This document shows positions 1-11,871 of a DNA stretch of 64,000 nucleotides, piece after piece. Each line of letters opens with the position of its first letter. The first letter of the stretch is position 1. Source of the stretch: Kondoa subrosea (taxonomy: Eukaryota). The notes under the pieces were generated by a model. That model had not been told where the DNA came from, ran no database searches, and saw only the letters and a list, made by a program, of their open reading frames with translations. Location: the NCBI GenBank assembly GCA_039545335.1, contig BCIN01000002.1, positions 62,001 to 126,000 on the forward strand, written 5' to 3'. Position numbers and translations under genes: made by a program.

Positions 1-899
1 TCTGCTAATATTTCTGGACCAGCGTCCTGTACGCCGACGAAATCATGAAGCTGAAAGACAGCTCGTGACGACGAATTGCGCACCTCGTTAACTCTATTTG
101 AGACTGCTTCGTCACCTCCTGGAGCACGACCAATAACAGACCACCAATCCGCTGTGAGTTCATGACCGTCTGGTGCTGATTTGCCAGCTGGTAAAGGTTT
201 GATGATGCCTGTAATGACTATACTTGATTCGAGCGTTAAAGTAATTGCATCGTAACATTGTGCCTGCAATTTCATCATTAAACATATCCTGAGTATAGAC
301 AGACGAGGACGTACCAAGTTTCCGCTGAGCACGCATTGAAGATAACCAGTTCCATCCCTCAAGACCAAGAAAGTTAAACCACCTTGCTGTCTCAATCTAT
401 GCACCCAACCAAAGATTCTAACTCTCTTCCCTCTAGATTCAACAGCATGTTTCAGCTTGATCTTCTCCGCCGCTTCAGTGGGTTCCGACAGAACTATAGC
501 TTTGGCATCTTGTAATTTTTTGGCTTCGAGTTCTGCTTTGCCCGAAGCGTCTGATGCTTGCTTCTGAGCTAATTCTTGCTGTCTCGCTTGCTTCTTCACG
601 TGTTGCTCATACAACTTTTTAGCTTTTTTGACTGAGCTCGAAGTAGCTTCAGTGTAAGCAGGTGTAGGTTCTTCTGCTGTTGCTTGTTTCTTGACTAAGA
701 CATTGATGCTTGTAGAATCACGTGCAATGTAAGCTCCAAGAACAGTAGAGTAAGGTGAGGCTTCGGTTCCTTGTCCAGCTGAATCTGAGCCTGATGCACT
801 TTCGTCGACGTAAACTGTTTCAGACACTTTCAAGGCTGAAGTAGCAGCAGTCAAGGCTTCTTGCACTTGATCTACAGATTTCGAGAGTATAGCAGACAT
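1..899 (-). CDS. DED81: Cytosolic asparaginyl-tRNA synthetase, N-terminal part; runs off the window edge
   Basis: Hand translation from ATG at 899 gives MSAILSK...VYVDE...G.D..G.GT...PY, then the OB-fold segment RVRIFGWVHRLRQQGGLTFLVLRDGTGYLQCVL, TLTLESS and APDGHELTADWW. Introns at 264-314 and 27-83 are in frame and stop-free, so the ORF has no stop inside the window, which probably explains its absence from the ORF track. Confidence 0.93.
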   Translation of the reverse strand, partial: MSAILSKSVDQVQEALTAATSALKVSETVYVDESASGSDSAGQGTEASPYSTVLGAYIARDSTSINVLVKKQATAEEPTPAYTEATSSSVKKAKKLYEQHVKKQARQQELAQKQASDASGKAELEAKKLQDAKAIVLSEPTEAAEKIKLKHAVESRGKRVRIFGWVHRLRQQGGLTFLVLRDGTGYLQCVLSGNLVRPRLSILRICLMMKLQAQCYDAITLTLESSIVITGIIKPLPAGKSAPDGHELTADWWSVIGRAPGGDEAVSNRVNEVRNSSSRAVFQLHDFVGVQDAGPEILA

Positions 900-2165
900 G
901 GTGTATGCAAGTCAAGAGCTCAAATGATGCTGTTTGACTCGAAATGCGAAATGCGGTGTCGGACTTATCATGAGCTAAGGAAGTCTAGCAAGTGCATACG
1001 TAGAGCTAATAGACCTATCATACAACTGTCACCATTTCTTCACTTCATTTAGTAAATTCAAACTTGCAGTCCAATAACGGAATAGTTCTCCTTCCTCCTC
1101 CTTCTATACGTGCTAAGGCTTTGCAGCGAAACCTATTGTACGCCCATAATCAGCTCTAGATCATTCCAAACGAGAGTCATTCGATCAAGACAACAAGAAA
1201 GAGATCAGCCTCGAGAGCATCGCGTAGCGGCGATATGTAATTGCTAAGAGGTTTGCTTCTCTTTCGCCATATCCCTCGTTGCTTCTTCATCTTTTGAATT
1301 TTACCCTTTCTTCGCAAGACTGTCATGGATCAGACAAACCCAAAAGAAAAGACTTGCGCCAGAAATGTGAGTGAATGTACGCTTCGCATCCTCGTAGACA
1401 TGCAACATGGAGCTAGAGTTGTTCTACTGATAAGCGAGCTTTGATCAATGTGATCCGACATGATCAAAGAGACCAGTCATGACTGATAGATTCCTCTGAC
1501 AAATCCACCCAAACACCTGCTAGGATCTTGATGAGGTTGAGCTCTGAGGTACGGACAGATATAAGAGGAGAATATATGTAGGCTTCTGCTTTATACTTGT
1601 CCATCCGTGAAATTTCGTACGAGGAAAGCCAAATAAGAAGCCTTCTCGTGCATTCACAAAGTGAAGAACTGCACAAGATTGATCGGAACTCGCCTTTTAC
1701 AGTCTTTGAAAACCCTGTTGAAACTAGTTTAGGAAGACTCGGAATCGAGAACAAGCACATATTCCAGCACAAAGTGATTTTCAAAAGAGGTTCATTGAAA
1801 TCCTACATATGACAGCCCGTGTAGTGCAAAGAAAGAACACACAAGGCAAAAGACGGAAGCAACAAAGAAAGTCCAACTTCTCTAGCTGAAATTGCATCAT
1901 ATCTCGACAAACAAGGAAAGAGAATGGAACAGGAATGCAGTGAGGAAGATTCACCTGTGTTTCTGACGTGTAGAGTGAGCGTTGTTCAGCTTTCCATGTA
2001 GTAGATGTCGACCGTTTGCTAACAAGCTTCAATTTCTTGATTTGAGCAGCCAAGTGCTCTAGGCCGGTCACCGATATCAGGAATCATGCTCGATACCTTC
2101 TGACACGCCCTACATATACCCAAGAACTCTCATAATATTCCCTGTTCTAGTAGAGTCTTGTTGCG

Positions 2166-4175
2166 ATGTCTCGAAATCTGAAGAGACCTGCTCCTGAACC
2201 AGTCAGCGATACCAGCTCTTCTTCTTCTTCACAATTCGCCAGTCAACGGTCTTTCCGTCTGTCTATCTTCCATTCTAATCTCACATTTCATAGTCAGTGA
2301 CATTCGTCTCATCTGTCTTTCAAGTTGTCTTATGGAGATGTGCCAGTTTTGGAAGACAAGCTTGAAGATGGAGAGAAAGAGCTGTACGAATCAATCATCA
2401 GCAAACATGGTGGCTCAATCACCCAGCACTATAGCGAAGCTGATGTAATCGTCACTGAACTTCGAGGTCCTAAGAGATTGGCACGAGCTATCCCTGAGGC
2501 ATTATGGAGTGAAAAGACTTTTGTTCCTTTGGATTGGATCAAGAAGAGTATAGATGAAGAGAAACAACAACCATTCTCTGCTTTCGCTTTATCTTTTCAA
2601 GGCAAACCTTCTCCTTCAATGAAATTCAACTCACCTACATCCCAATCTCCTGTTACTACTCCTATTCCTGTGGCATCCACCTCTACTCTCCCTCTCGTAC
2701 CTCGAGCAAAGAAAACAGATGCTCTTCCAGCTGTTCAATTCACTATCGAGGAATTACAAGCGAGATACAAGAACTCAAATCTCGCTTGTTTCCGATTTTG
2801 CCCACTAGTATGCGTCAATGACAAGATCGTGCAAGAATTAGGAGTCATCAAACTAGGTAGATTATTGCTAGAGGGAAACGAGACTTCAGCTTTGAGTTAT
2901 AGTAGAGCTATATCCGCTGTTAAAGGCATGCGCATCAAATATCATTGTTAAGAACGTGCACGCTGATATTGTTATGCAGGCTATCCTTGGCCTATTACCC
3001 GCAAAACAAAATTGAGGGATATCCTCGGTATAGGTCAAGGCGTGGCCAGTAAGGTCCGTCTACAGGTCTGGTATGCTATTGAAAGCTGAAGTCATGCTGC
3101 AGATTGAAGAATATATGGATACAGGAGCGATGCAAGAAGCAAACATTTACCGAGCTAATGCCAAGTTGACCGAACTTCGAGCATTAGAGCAAGTGTATGG
3201 GATAGGAGCATCAACAGCACGAAAACTACACGATCAAGGTTATACTACACCAGAAAAATTACCCAAGGAATACAACACCAAATGGACCAAAGAGTTTGCT
3301 ATGAAGATTCCGAGGCAAGAAGTGGAAGAAATTGCAGAACTGGTGGCGGAACATTTGGAGAAGATCAGACCTGGTGCTGAATATGCTATTACTGGAGGCT
3401 TCAGGCGAGGCAAGCCAGCATCAAACGGTAAGCTCAGCGCATGCTATCAACTTGTGTGAATTATTGATCATTGGTACAACAAAAGATATTGATATAGTTA
3501 TGACTCATCGAGAAGAAGGCAAAGACAAACATATACTCTCCGAGCTCACTGCAAGTCTACAAGCAGATGGAGTAATTGTCAATATCATTTACCAAACCAA
3601 TACAAGTACGAATCGACCACCAGGTGCTCAAAATTTCCATGCAAGCAGACTGGATCCTCTAGATAAGAATTTTTGCGTCTTCTTACCTCCCAAAAGAGGT
3701 TGCATGCAGCAAATCCATCGAAGAGTCGATTTGATCGTTTGCCCTTAGTGAGCATCTTTCGCCCTATCATCAGCTGAACTAACACGCTTGAACTCAGTAA
3801 ATATTACTGGACAGCAATCGTACGCGGTCTTGTGTCTTTGGTATCACTAATTTGATATTTACTCTGTTACAAACAGGTTGGCTGGACAGGTTCAACAATG
3901 TTCGAAAGAGACATCCGACGCTGGGCTAATGAGTTCGGACTCCTCTATCTACTTCACCTGTACTCTGCTTGACAAGCTGTGCAGGAAGAACTGCAAATTC
4001 GATAGCGGAGGCTTAACACATGTTACTACATCGGAGGATTACATCGCGACCAGTGAAGAACATTTGTTTGAGCTGCTTGATTTGCCATACATACGTAAGT
4101 CTTCCAACTCTCGCGCAAATCGCAACTAAAACAACGTTTTCTTCAGCACCGAACTATCGCAACGCGGATGTATGA
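2166..4175 (+). CDS. X-family DNA polymerase (Pol mu/Pol4-like) with N-terminal BRCT domain
   Basis: BRCT-like N-terminus, ALSYSRAISAVKGYP, HhH motifs GIGQG and YGIGASTA, TGGFRRGKP, DIDIVMTH, RRVDLI, GWTGSTMFERD and terminal P.YRNAD. Confidence 0.92.
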
Positions 4176-4276
4176 ACAGCAATGTTATAAGGTCAAAGGG
4201 CATACGATTGTATATTGCAAACACTCTAGTACTATGCAAATGACCTATACAGCAATCACCCGTTCGTAATACCAAG

Positions 4277-6045
4277 TCATCGGCAAATGCCACACCGTTG
4301 CAACTGAGTGCCGGTTATTGAGCAGCTTTGCAGACTACTGGATTGACAGATGTTATAGGCTAACGAGCCAGAGAGTAGTTGATTATTGCCCAGGTAAAGT
4401 GAAGTGAGCCCAGAAGGTAGGCTTGACAGCGTTGAAAGGTTGTCCCCAGACAATGATCTGTGCTTGAAATCAAAATAGGTTCAATGCAAGACAAAGGTCT
4501 GATTACTCACAAAGTTTGGAGATTTTTCAAGTCGGAAAGATCTGGTGCGTCACCAGACAGGAGCGAATTGGAAAGATCCAAGTATCGCAGAGTGTTTTTC
4601 AAGCTAGAAGAAGAAGCGATGTTTTCGATTGAGCTAATATCGCTTATGGCCTGACCAGATAGCACACTAGGACTGTCTGTTAGCGATAAGACGGAGGTAA
4701 AGAAAGGGAAACGAACATTGTCTGCAGCTTCGCGCGATTAATACTCTTTGGTGCGGTATTTGACAAGCCAACATTATCGATGATAGAGTAAGAGTTGAGC
4801 TTGTTTAGATAATTGAAGAGACCGTCGGGCATGCTGCCATTCAAAGCTGTAGCCTCGATATGTAAAGTTTCGAGCTTCTTAAATTGTTGCCAAATAGAAG
4901 GATAGAGCTGGCTAGCTGGTGCTTCGCCGTCGCCGACTATGCTGAGAGTAATGAGAGAAGAGCCCAAAAGACCGAATGTCGCTGGTAAAGAAGCTGGAAC
5001 GGCGGGCGCGACAAGCGATCTAGACTAGCAATGAGCGAGATTTATGCCAGCGAAGACTGGAATCACTGACAAGTTAGAGACTCTCTGATCGGAATCGCAT
5101 GAAATTCCTCCCCAGCTGCAAAAGTTTGCATCTGACATCCATCGAGCTTGATTTAAACCACCTCCAAGAAGTGATGCATTCCGAGGATCGCTTGTAGCGG
5201 TATAGATGTCGGAAAGAGCACAGAATTGAAGAGCAGCGAGAGCTGATCTTGATTTGCCTTGATCAGTCGAAAGAATTGGGACGCAACTTCGGCAAGGGTA
5301 AGAAGTTGGATTCGAATTGGCTGTCAGATCGAAGAGTGAAACGCAGGCTGAGAGGAAGAATCAGTAATTATCATCGCATACTGTAGATGTACTCACTGGC
5401 ATAATTACTCGATGTAGCGCCTCCTGCCGTACTAGCACTTGCAAAGTTGTCGAATACGACAACCGATTCAGAAAGTACTGGAAGGACCTTATAATCGATA
5501 ACGAGGAGGTTTGCAACGACTAAAGTTGCAAGAAGAGATACAAGCAGACTGAGACATCGATGTGGTGTACAGATTCGTCTTTGCTTTTTCTGACTAGGTG
5601 GTGCTGTAGCCTTTTCGGCTAGGTTAATGTCTTCCCACGGGCAAAGTTGCAGCCTTCGTAGACCGTTGACCGTCTTCGTATCTGCTATTGGTGGTGCGTT
5701 CGTTCTGGTAGGAATCCAAGTCTGTCTTGTTTGCTGATGAATCTGATGAACAGGAACAGTAGGCTGAGGTAGCGGTTCAGATGCGGTAAGGAGAGAAGAG
5801 AATGGAGGAGAAGAGTGCTTGAGAGCTTCAGAGTGTCCGCTTTGTATCGGTACTGCTATAACTGAGAATCGTTCGACGAATCGACCAAGATCGAGTGCTG
5901 CGACCTTTTTCTTGACTTTGGGGATCCGTTCGCTTGATGGCGCACGCTGGGAGTATGTTGGAGGTTTGATGAATTGTCTTGTGGTAGTTTGTCCTGTTGC
6001 AGGCGTGATTGGGGAGAAGTAGCTTCCGAACGGTTGGTCAGACAT
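4277..6045 (-). CDS. Type II membrane protein with extracellular leucine-rich repeats (L domain-like)
   Basis: Start MSDQPF, a disordered N-terminus and one hydrophobic helix (LSLLVSLLATLVVANLLVI). A CSWGGISC LRR cap is followed by LRR-like segments (LETLHI...LNGSMP, LRYLDLSNSLLSG) and a Cys-rich end (CGICR*). Confidence 0.7.
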
Positions 6046-7049
6046 AGAAGTGGAATGAGAGTGAATGAAGAAGAGAAGAGCAGCAAAGCATAACGCGGCA
6101 TAGCTGCGCTCGAACAATAGCACATAGCGTTTGTTCGAGCAACAATGAGCCGAGCGGAAGAAACGAGTACAATAGACCAAACTACGTTCAAGAGCCTGAC
6201 ACATGCTATAATCGCTCAGGAGCCACCGGCGCACTGTGATCGTGCGGTCTAGATGCCTAAGGACATCTCGGAGTGACTGGACATGCACAATCCATGAATG
6301 TCTCATTGTCTCGCTCGCAAGAATGTCGAACTGGAGTGAATTTGCGAGCCGTTCTTTGCTCTTTGGAATCCAATACAGGTTGCAAAGCGAGAGAGATTGC
6401 TCAGCTAAGGTAGATGCTTTCGTTGATGAAGAGGTCTGTCCAATATTATTGTTCAACAATGGCCATGCAACGCGCGCAGTCTTCCGTCTGCTTGCTTCAA
6501 GATGAATCTCCTTCCTCAAGCACTCGCTCCGTCTGGAACCGGGCCTCGTGGACTGCTTTGGGATCAAGTCCGACGCATTCCTGAATTCAAGTTGATCCCG
6601 CAAACAAGGCTGTGCATTTCATCTGTTGAATATTATGTTTGCCGCAAGAGCTTGCTTCACAGCTGTGTTCATTTTATGTGTCTTCGCTGCTAGCCGAATC
6701 TCTCGATCTTCACGTCTTCGATCAATTCGTTTTGCGTTCTGTTTGACAATGCTCGTGCTTGCTGCTGGACCGCATCTGTACTGTATCGTTTCGGTGCAAT
6801 CATAAACGCCTGCTGAGCACTAGCGGGCGCATTCCGTCAGTTGGGCTAGAGTCAGACCCCGCCAGATAATAATCGGCTTTTGAAAAATCCGTTCGAAAAG
6901 CCGATTCACGCATGCCGGGCAAACACTAATTCAAAGAGCTTGGCGAGCGCTTTTTGAGTAATCCGCAGAGCTTTACCGTTGCATATCAAACAAAGTATCA
7001 AACCAGGTCAAGTGGTTTCTCATCTTATCATTATTATACCCTTTCCGAA

Positions 7050-9081
7050 ATGCACTTGACATTCGACAGCGATGAGAAGCAGCTACTGTCAACAACGACG
7101 CCTAGACTGACGCGCTCACGGATTCTGTTTCTTATCGCGTTGCTCTCACTTCTACTGGTCTCTGGGCTCGCTGGTTCGAGCGACGAGCGAATAGCACGCT
7201 TACATACACGCCTACAAGAGAAGACAGTCTCACTACTCAGTACCAACATAGATGAAGCATGCTCTAGAATCTCTCCAAACGCAAGGTGAGCTTTGGTTGC
7301 AAGCTATATCAAGTCCATACTTGACAAATCGGCAGATTACATATTGACAGCCTAAAGAACTTACCACACGGCGGAATAGCAATAACACACCGTGGTAGTC
7401 TGGTCACTCAACAGACGAAGCTTCGCGCTCCAGCACAGATCTGTCTCTACGCTGTTGTCGCCGCTCAAACTTCAAGCAATATCACCGAAAAGGGTCCTGA
7501 TGGCATATGGCGAAGTGAAGGCCCTGATGAACTGCATATCAGTCTATCCTCTGATCAAGCACATATCCAACCGGAAGCACCTCGTATATCACCACTGTTT
7601 CCTATCGAATACGCGAGTTGGACTGAAAGTAATCGATTCGCTCATGTATACGCTACTCCGCTCGAAGTGGCAGTCGAAGGAAACTATTCAGCAACAGCAG
7701 AGACAGGCTTGGTAAGGCATTCCTAAGATATATGCAAAAAGTAGTGACTGAAAGAAAATCAGGTTGCATGGGACTGGATCAAGGAAGAAGCAGAAGCTAG
7801 GTCAAGTTATGTCTACCACAATACAAGTCTAGAAGCAGCGACTTTCAGCGTTGTCTCTTCTTACTTCAGTACTGCATCAAAACCAGCTTGCAATGATCAA
7901 TTGGCCAAATCAATCCATTCAGTCGGGATTTGGTCCAAAGGTAGCGAAACTGCTCAACCACCACCTGATTTCTGGCAACTCTCATTCCAACACAGTCAAT
8001 GTAAAGCCAAATATTACAATCAACAAGAAAGCAACTCTTGCTTAGCTAACAAACGAATCAAGATCTTTGGCGATTCCAACGGTAGACGATTAGTCAAGAT
8101 GCTCCATTCTTCCAATCAGTGGTGCAAGGATCAGTATACTGTTTGTCAAGCTGAAGATTTGGGAGAGTCAACCACCGACATTGGTCCAGGTCATTACTTT
8201 TGGCATTCTTGCTACAACGATCATATAAGTTTTGGTCAAAACACGAATCTCACTTTTGCGTTCGCTGGAGGATTACGTGAGGTTGCTGGTTGCCCTACTT
8301 TGGAGCATTTGGAATGGATTGGGAGTCGTCGAAGGGGAGAGCTCGAACCCGCTTTCACAGAGGACGAGGAATACGATGTTATTGTGAGATGCATTCTTGT
8401 CTTCTATATTTTCACTGACAGTTCTGACCAGATGCTTTCTTTGTTGAGTTGGGAATTGGCAGTGAGTCGATGTCTAATTGATTCATCGGTTTTGCTGATG
8501 TTGAAAGTAGTTTCAACCGATCGAGGGCTACGCCGATACACTCTCTCGACTACACAAAGCAATAGATGCAGCTTATCCTAACAGCAAGATCTTGTTGCGA
8601 GAAGCTACAACGGTCTGTGAGTCGACGAAGAAGTACTGCGTGGTATGAACTCTGATCTTACGGCTCGTCAGGTTGCCGCGGAGGGCTCAAAGGATCAATA
8701 GGCATGGTAAGCATCTCTGCTTTCCTTTTTCCTACAAAAGGTTAAATCCAGACGCAAACAGAAACGAACTGTTCTATTCAACAAGATGCTAGCAGAAGAG
8801 TTTTCGCAAACAGACTCACGAGTACACATCATGTAAGCCTATTGCCTGAGCTGTGATTCTCGACGGCCGAGCTGATGAAATTGGCTGCAGTCCCGTCTCT
8901 GCCTTAGACGGAAGGTATTTCTCACACGGTGCACAGAATGGCATGCAAGTGTTTGCTGTATGTCGCTCATCTTCCATTTTGCTTTAACACTGAATTATTT
9001 TGCATTCAGAGCAATCACCTGCGCTCGACAGAAATTCACCAAGAGATTCAAATGGTGCTTAACGCTGTCTGTGGATCATGA
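7050..9081 (+). CDS. Membrane-anchored or secreted SGNH-like (PC-esterase/NXPE-like) protein, putative polysaccharide O-acyltransferase/esterase
   Basis: N-terminal signal anchor (ILFLIALLSLLLVSGLAG), CLANKRIKIFGDSNGRRL with the GDS block, and C-terminal NH...QMVLNAVCGS*. The family assignment is inferred from motifs. Confidence 0.55.
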
Positions 9082-9322
9082 AGAGGAGGTTCAGTATTGT
9101 GCATCTGTGTAATTCTATGTAATCGAGTGCTGGTCACATCTGTGTATCTCAATGGACCGGTCCATTTACCCGAGCTCGTGACTAGACTGAAATTTCACTA
9201 AGTCTGTTTTTTCCGAAGGCAGCGAAGCGAAAAGGTGAGCTATCCATTCCAAATGTTCAGCATCTCTTCTCCTCGCTCTATACGGATGACTACCATTAAG
9301 ACAACGAACAATTCAACTCTAG

Positions 9323-10093
9323 AATGCAAAGAACTGGATCTGTCGAATCTGGACAATTGCAGGAAACCTTCACTGGGATCCGCTTCTGTCTGGAGGATGA
9401 TGCATCTGGCTCGATATGTGGACTTACTTTACACTTGACCTGATTCTCTCTTCCTATCGCCTTCTCAAGTGCTCGAGCTGAGAGTATGGCATGCTGATTT
9501 GTGTCGTGGAACAGGTGATTACTCCTTTTCACATCCGATCTACGTATACAGAGAGTCCTGTGATGCTTCTTTACACCATCACTATCAAAGTGCACTGAAC
9601 ACTTTTCGTCTTTCTTCGGAAAGACGAGAAAACATTGAAGATTGTGTGCATATTTTAAGTTTCAGCCTTGTGAGTGTTGACTGGTATCATGGCCTGATAA
9701 TAAGCTGAGGGAACCTCCTTCTTACAGGTCTGAGGATCTCTTCACTTCTGTCCCAAGCATGAGTGATTGAAATTGAAGTTGACTGTCAAATTGTGTTTCA
9801 GACAGGCTGTCTATCGCACTTACATCATTATTATATCAGACTCGTGAGTGTTCTCTCTTCTTCCCCTTCTTCATCTTCTACCACTCCATCTGATGAACAC
9901 ATACCGACGTGCGGACTCGATTCGGATCCTAGGAGACGTACAAATCTCTGTTATGACGGATCCGCGATATGCAGAGATTTCTTGTTGTTTATTCTGATCT
10001 TCGCCTCTATGTATTGCATATGGCCTTGAAGTGATGAAGAGCTAACAAACTTCAGTAGGTTTCCGGCTTGCTTCAATCAAGCGGGATGTATGA
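9323..10093 (+). CDS. Hypothetical multi-exon protein with a C-terminal hydrophobic segment
   Basis: Short open segments separated by GT..AG introns (MQRTGSVESG..., EPPSYRSEDLF..., RDFLLFILIFASM). Ends are uncertain and no family is recognised. Confidence 0.3.
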
Positions 10094-10214
10094 GTATAAG
10101 GACTTGTGGTAGTGCTGTACAATGCTATTATACTTGAACACCTCGATCTTCGCCGCACCATCGACCAATCTGTTTTGATTACATAATCTCTTGACTCCCG
10201 ACGACCACTCATTG

Positions 10215-11543
10215 ATGGACTATGCTAATCTCCTTACAACGCTCAAATCGCAAGCTCCATCATGGAGTGCAACTCAAGAGCAACTCCTAGTCGAACCTTT
10301 TGATTACTTGACGTCTATTCCGGGCAAAGAAGTCCGAAGTGCTTTGATTGACGCTTTCAATGTTTGGTTGCAAGTACCTAAGGAGAATCTGGTAATCATT
10401 AAGAAGATTGTACAAATGTTACATACTGCTTCACTCTTGTGCGTTCCCTCAATATGTGCCAATTGCCTAAGCTGATGTAAGGTGATAGAATGGATGATGT
10501 AGAGGACAATTCGTTACTAAGGAGAGGCATACCAGGTCCGTCGTACTTTTCTCTGATCATCTGTATGAGATGTTCTGAGTAAGGTCGATGAGGACAGTCG
10601 CGCACAAGATTTATGGAGTACCAATAACTATCAATTCAGCAAACTATGTCTATTTCCTCGCTTACCAGCATATGTTCAATGTCATTCCTCCAGAAAGGAT
10701 ACAGGATATCAACGGTCAGTCTGGCCAAGGTTGTGCTTGCTGTGTTTGCAGCTGAACAACTCTTGGACACTGACAGACGAGTTGTTGGATCTGCATAGAG
10801 GTCAAGGAATAGAATTGTACTGGAGGGAGCATCTTCATTGCCCTACTGAAGAAGAATACATTTCTATGGTCAATAACAGTCAGTCTTTTGAAAAATGCGC
10901 AGAAAGTCAGAAAGCTGAAAAGTGATGTGATGCCAGAGACTGGTGGATTGTTTAGAATAGCTATCAAACTCATGCAAGGATCGGCGACAGCTAAATCGAG
11001 CAGGTCAGTAATGCCGTTCGGTATGACGAGAGGAAAAAGCTGATTGGCGTAATCCAGCGACTATCTGCCACTGGTCAATCTTATAGGCATTCTCTTTCAA
11101 ATACGGGATGACTACCAAAACTTACAATCAGATCAGGTGCGCTTCTGTCGCTGTGAATACCGATTGAGTATTCACACAGACCATGGGCACAGTATTCCGC
11201 AAACAAAGGCTATTGCGAAGATTTGACGGAAGGCAAATTCTCTTTCCCTGTCATACATTCAATACGTAAAGACACAACAAACCATCGCCTCATAAGTGAG
11301 TCTCACTTGCATTACATCTTCCAATTTCACCAACTAATGGTTTTCGTGACAGATGTTCTTCGACAAAGACCAACTGATGTAGAAACGAAAGCATGGGCAG
11401 TATCGTACATGAAGGAATCTACACAATCGTTTGCATACACTGAAGGAGTTTTGGATACTTTAGGTAAGCAATGTCGGGAAGAGATTGAGCGCTTGGGTGG
11501 GAATGCTTCGCTCAATGCTATACTCGATAAGCTTGCTGCTTGA
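10215..11543 (+). CDS. BTS1: Geranylgeranyl diphosphate synthase (type III)
   Basis: [28 protein letters not shown] (first Asp-rich motif), [25 protein letters not shown] and [11 protein letters not shown]. Confidence 0.96.
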
Positions 11544-11871
11544 AGTGTGCTCCTCCTCAACTAGTGGGTAATACTCGCTTGTCATGCCGCTCTAAGACCG
11601 AGCCTGGGCTCTCAGCCACATTTTGCCGTCTCAATTCATGCGCTTGGAGTTAGACAATTACGGCTGTAATCAGCACTATACCAATTGCTTTCATACCATA
11701 GACTGTCGCATATAGGGTGTCCGAGCTTTGCACTAGTCCTACATCCGTCCTTTCAAGTCTCAAGCAATCAATCCCATTTCTGCATTATACATTAGCTCAG
11801 CTTCTTTTCGTTTCGAACTCTAAACGGGCCGCCGTCGCTGTAGTCAACTTCAATCCAAGTGTTGTTATTAC

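Noticed and set aside
1000..2150. Possible small multi-exon gene between AsnRS and Pol X
   Set aside because: Intron-like signals occur on both strands, but no consistent reading frame or recognisable motif could be assembled.
6046..6603. Upstream extension of the 410-aa ORF
   Set aside because: It starts at a non-ATG codon and has UTR-like composition. MSDQPF at 6045 is the plausible start.
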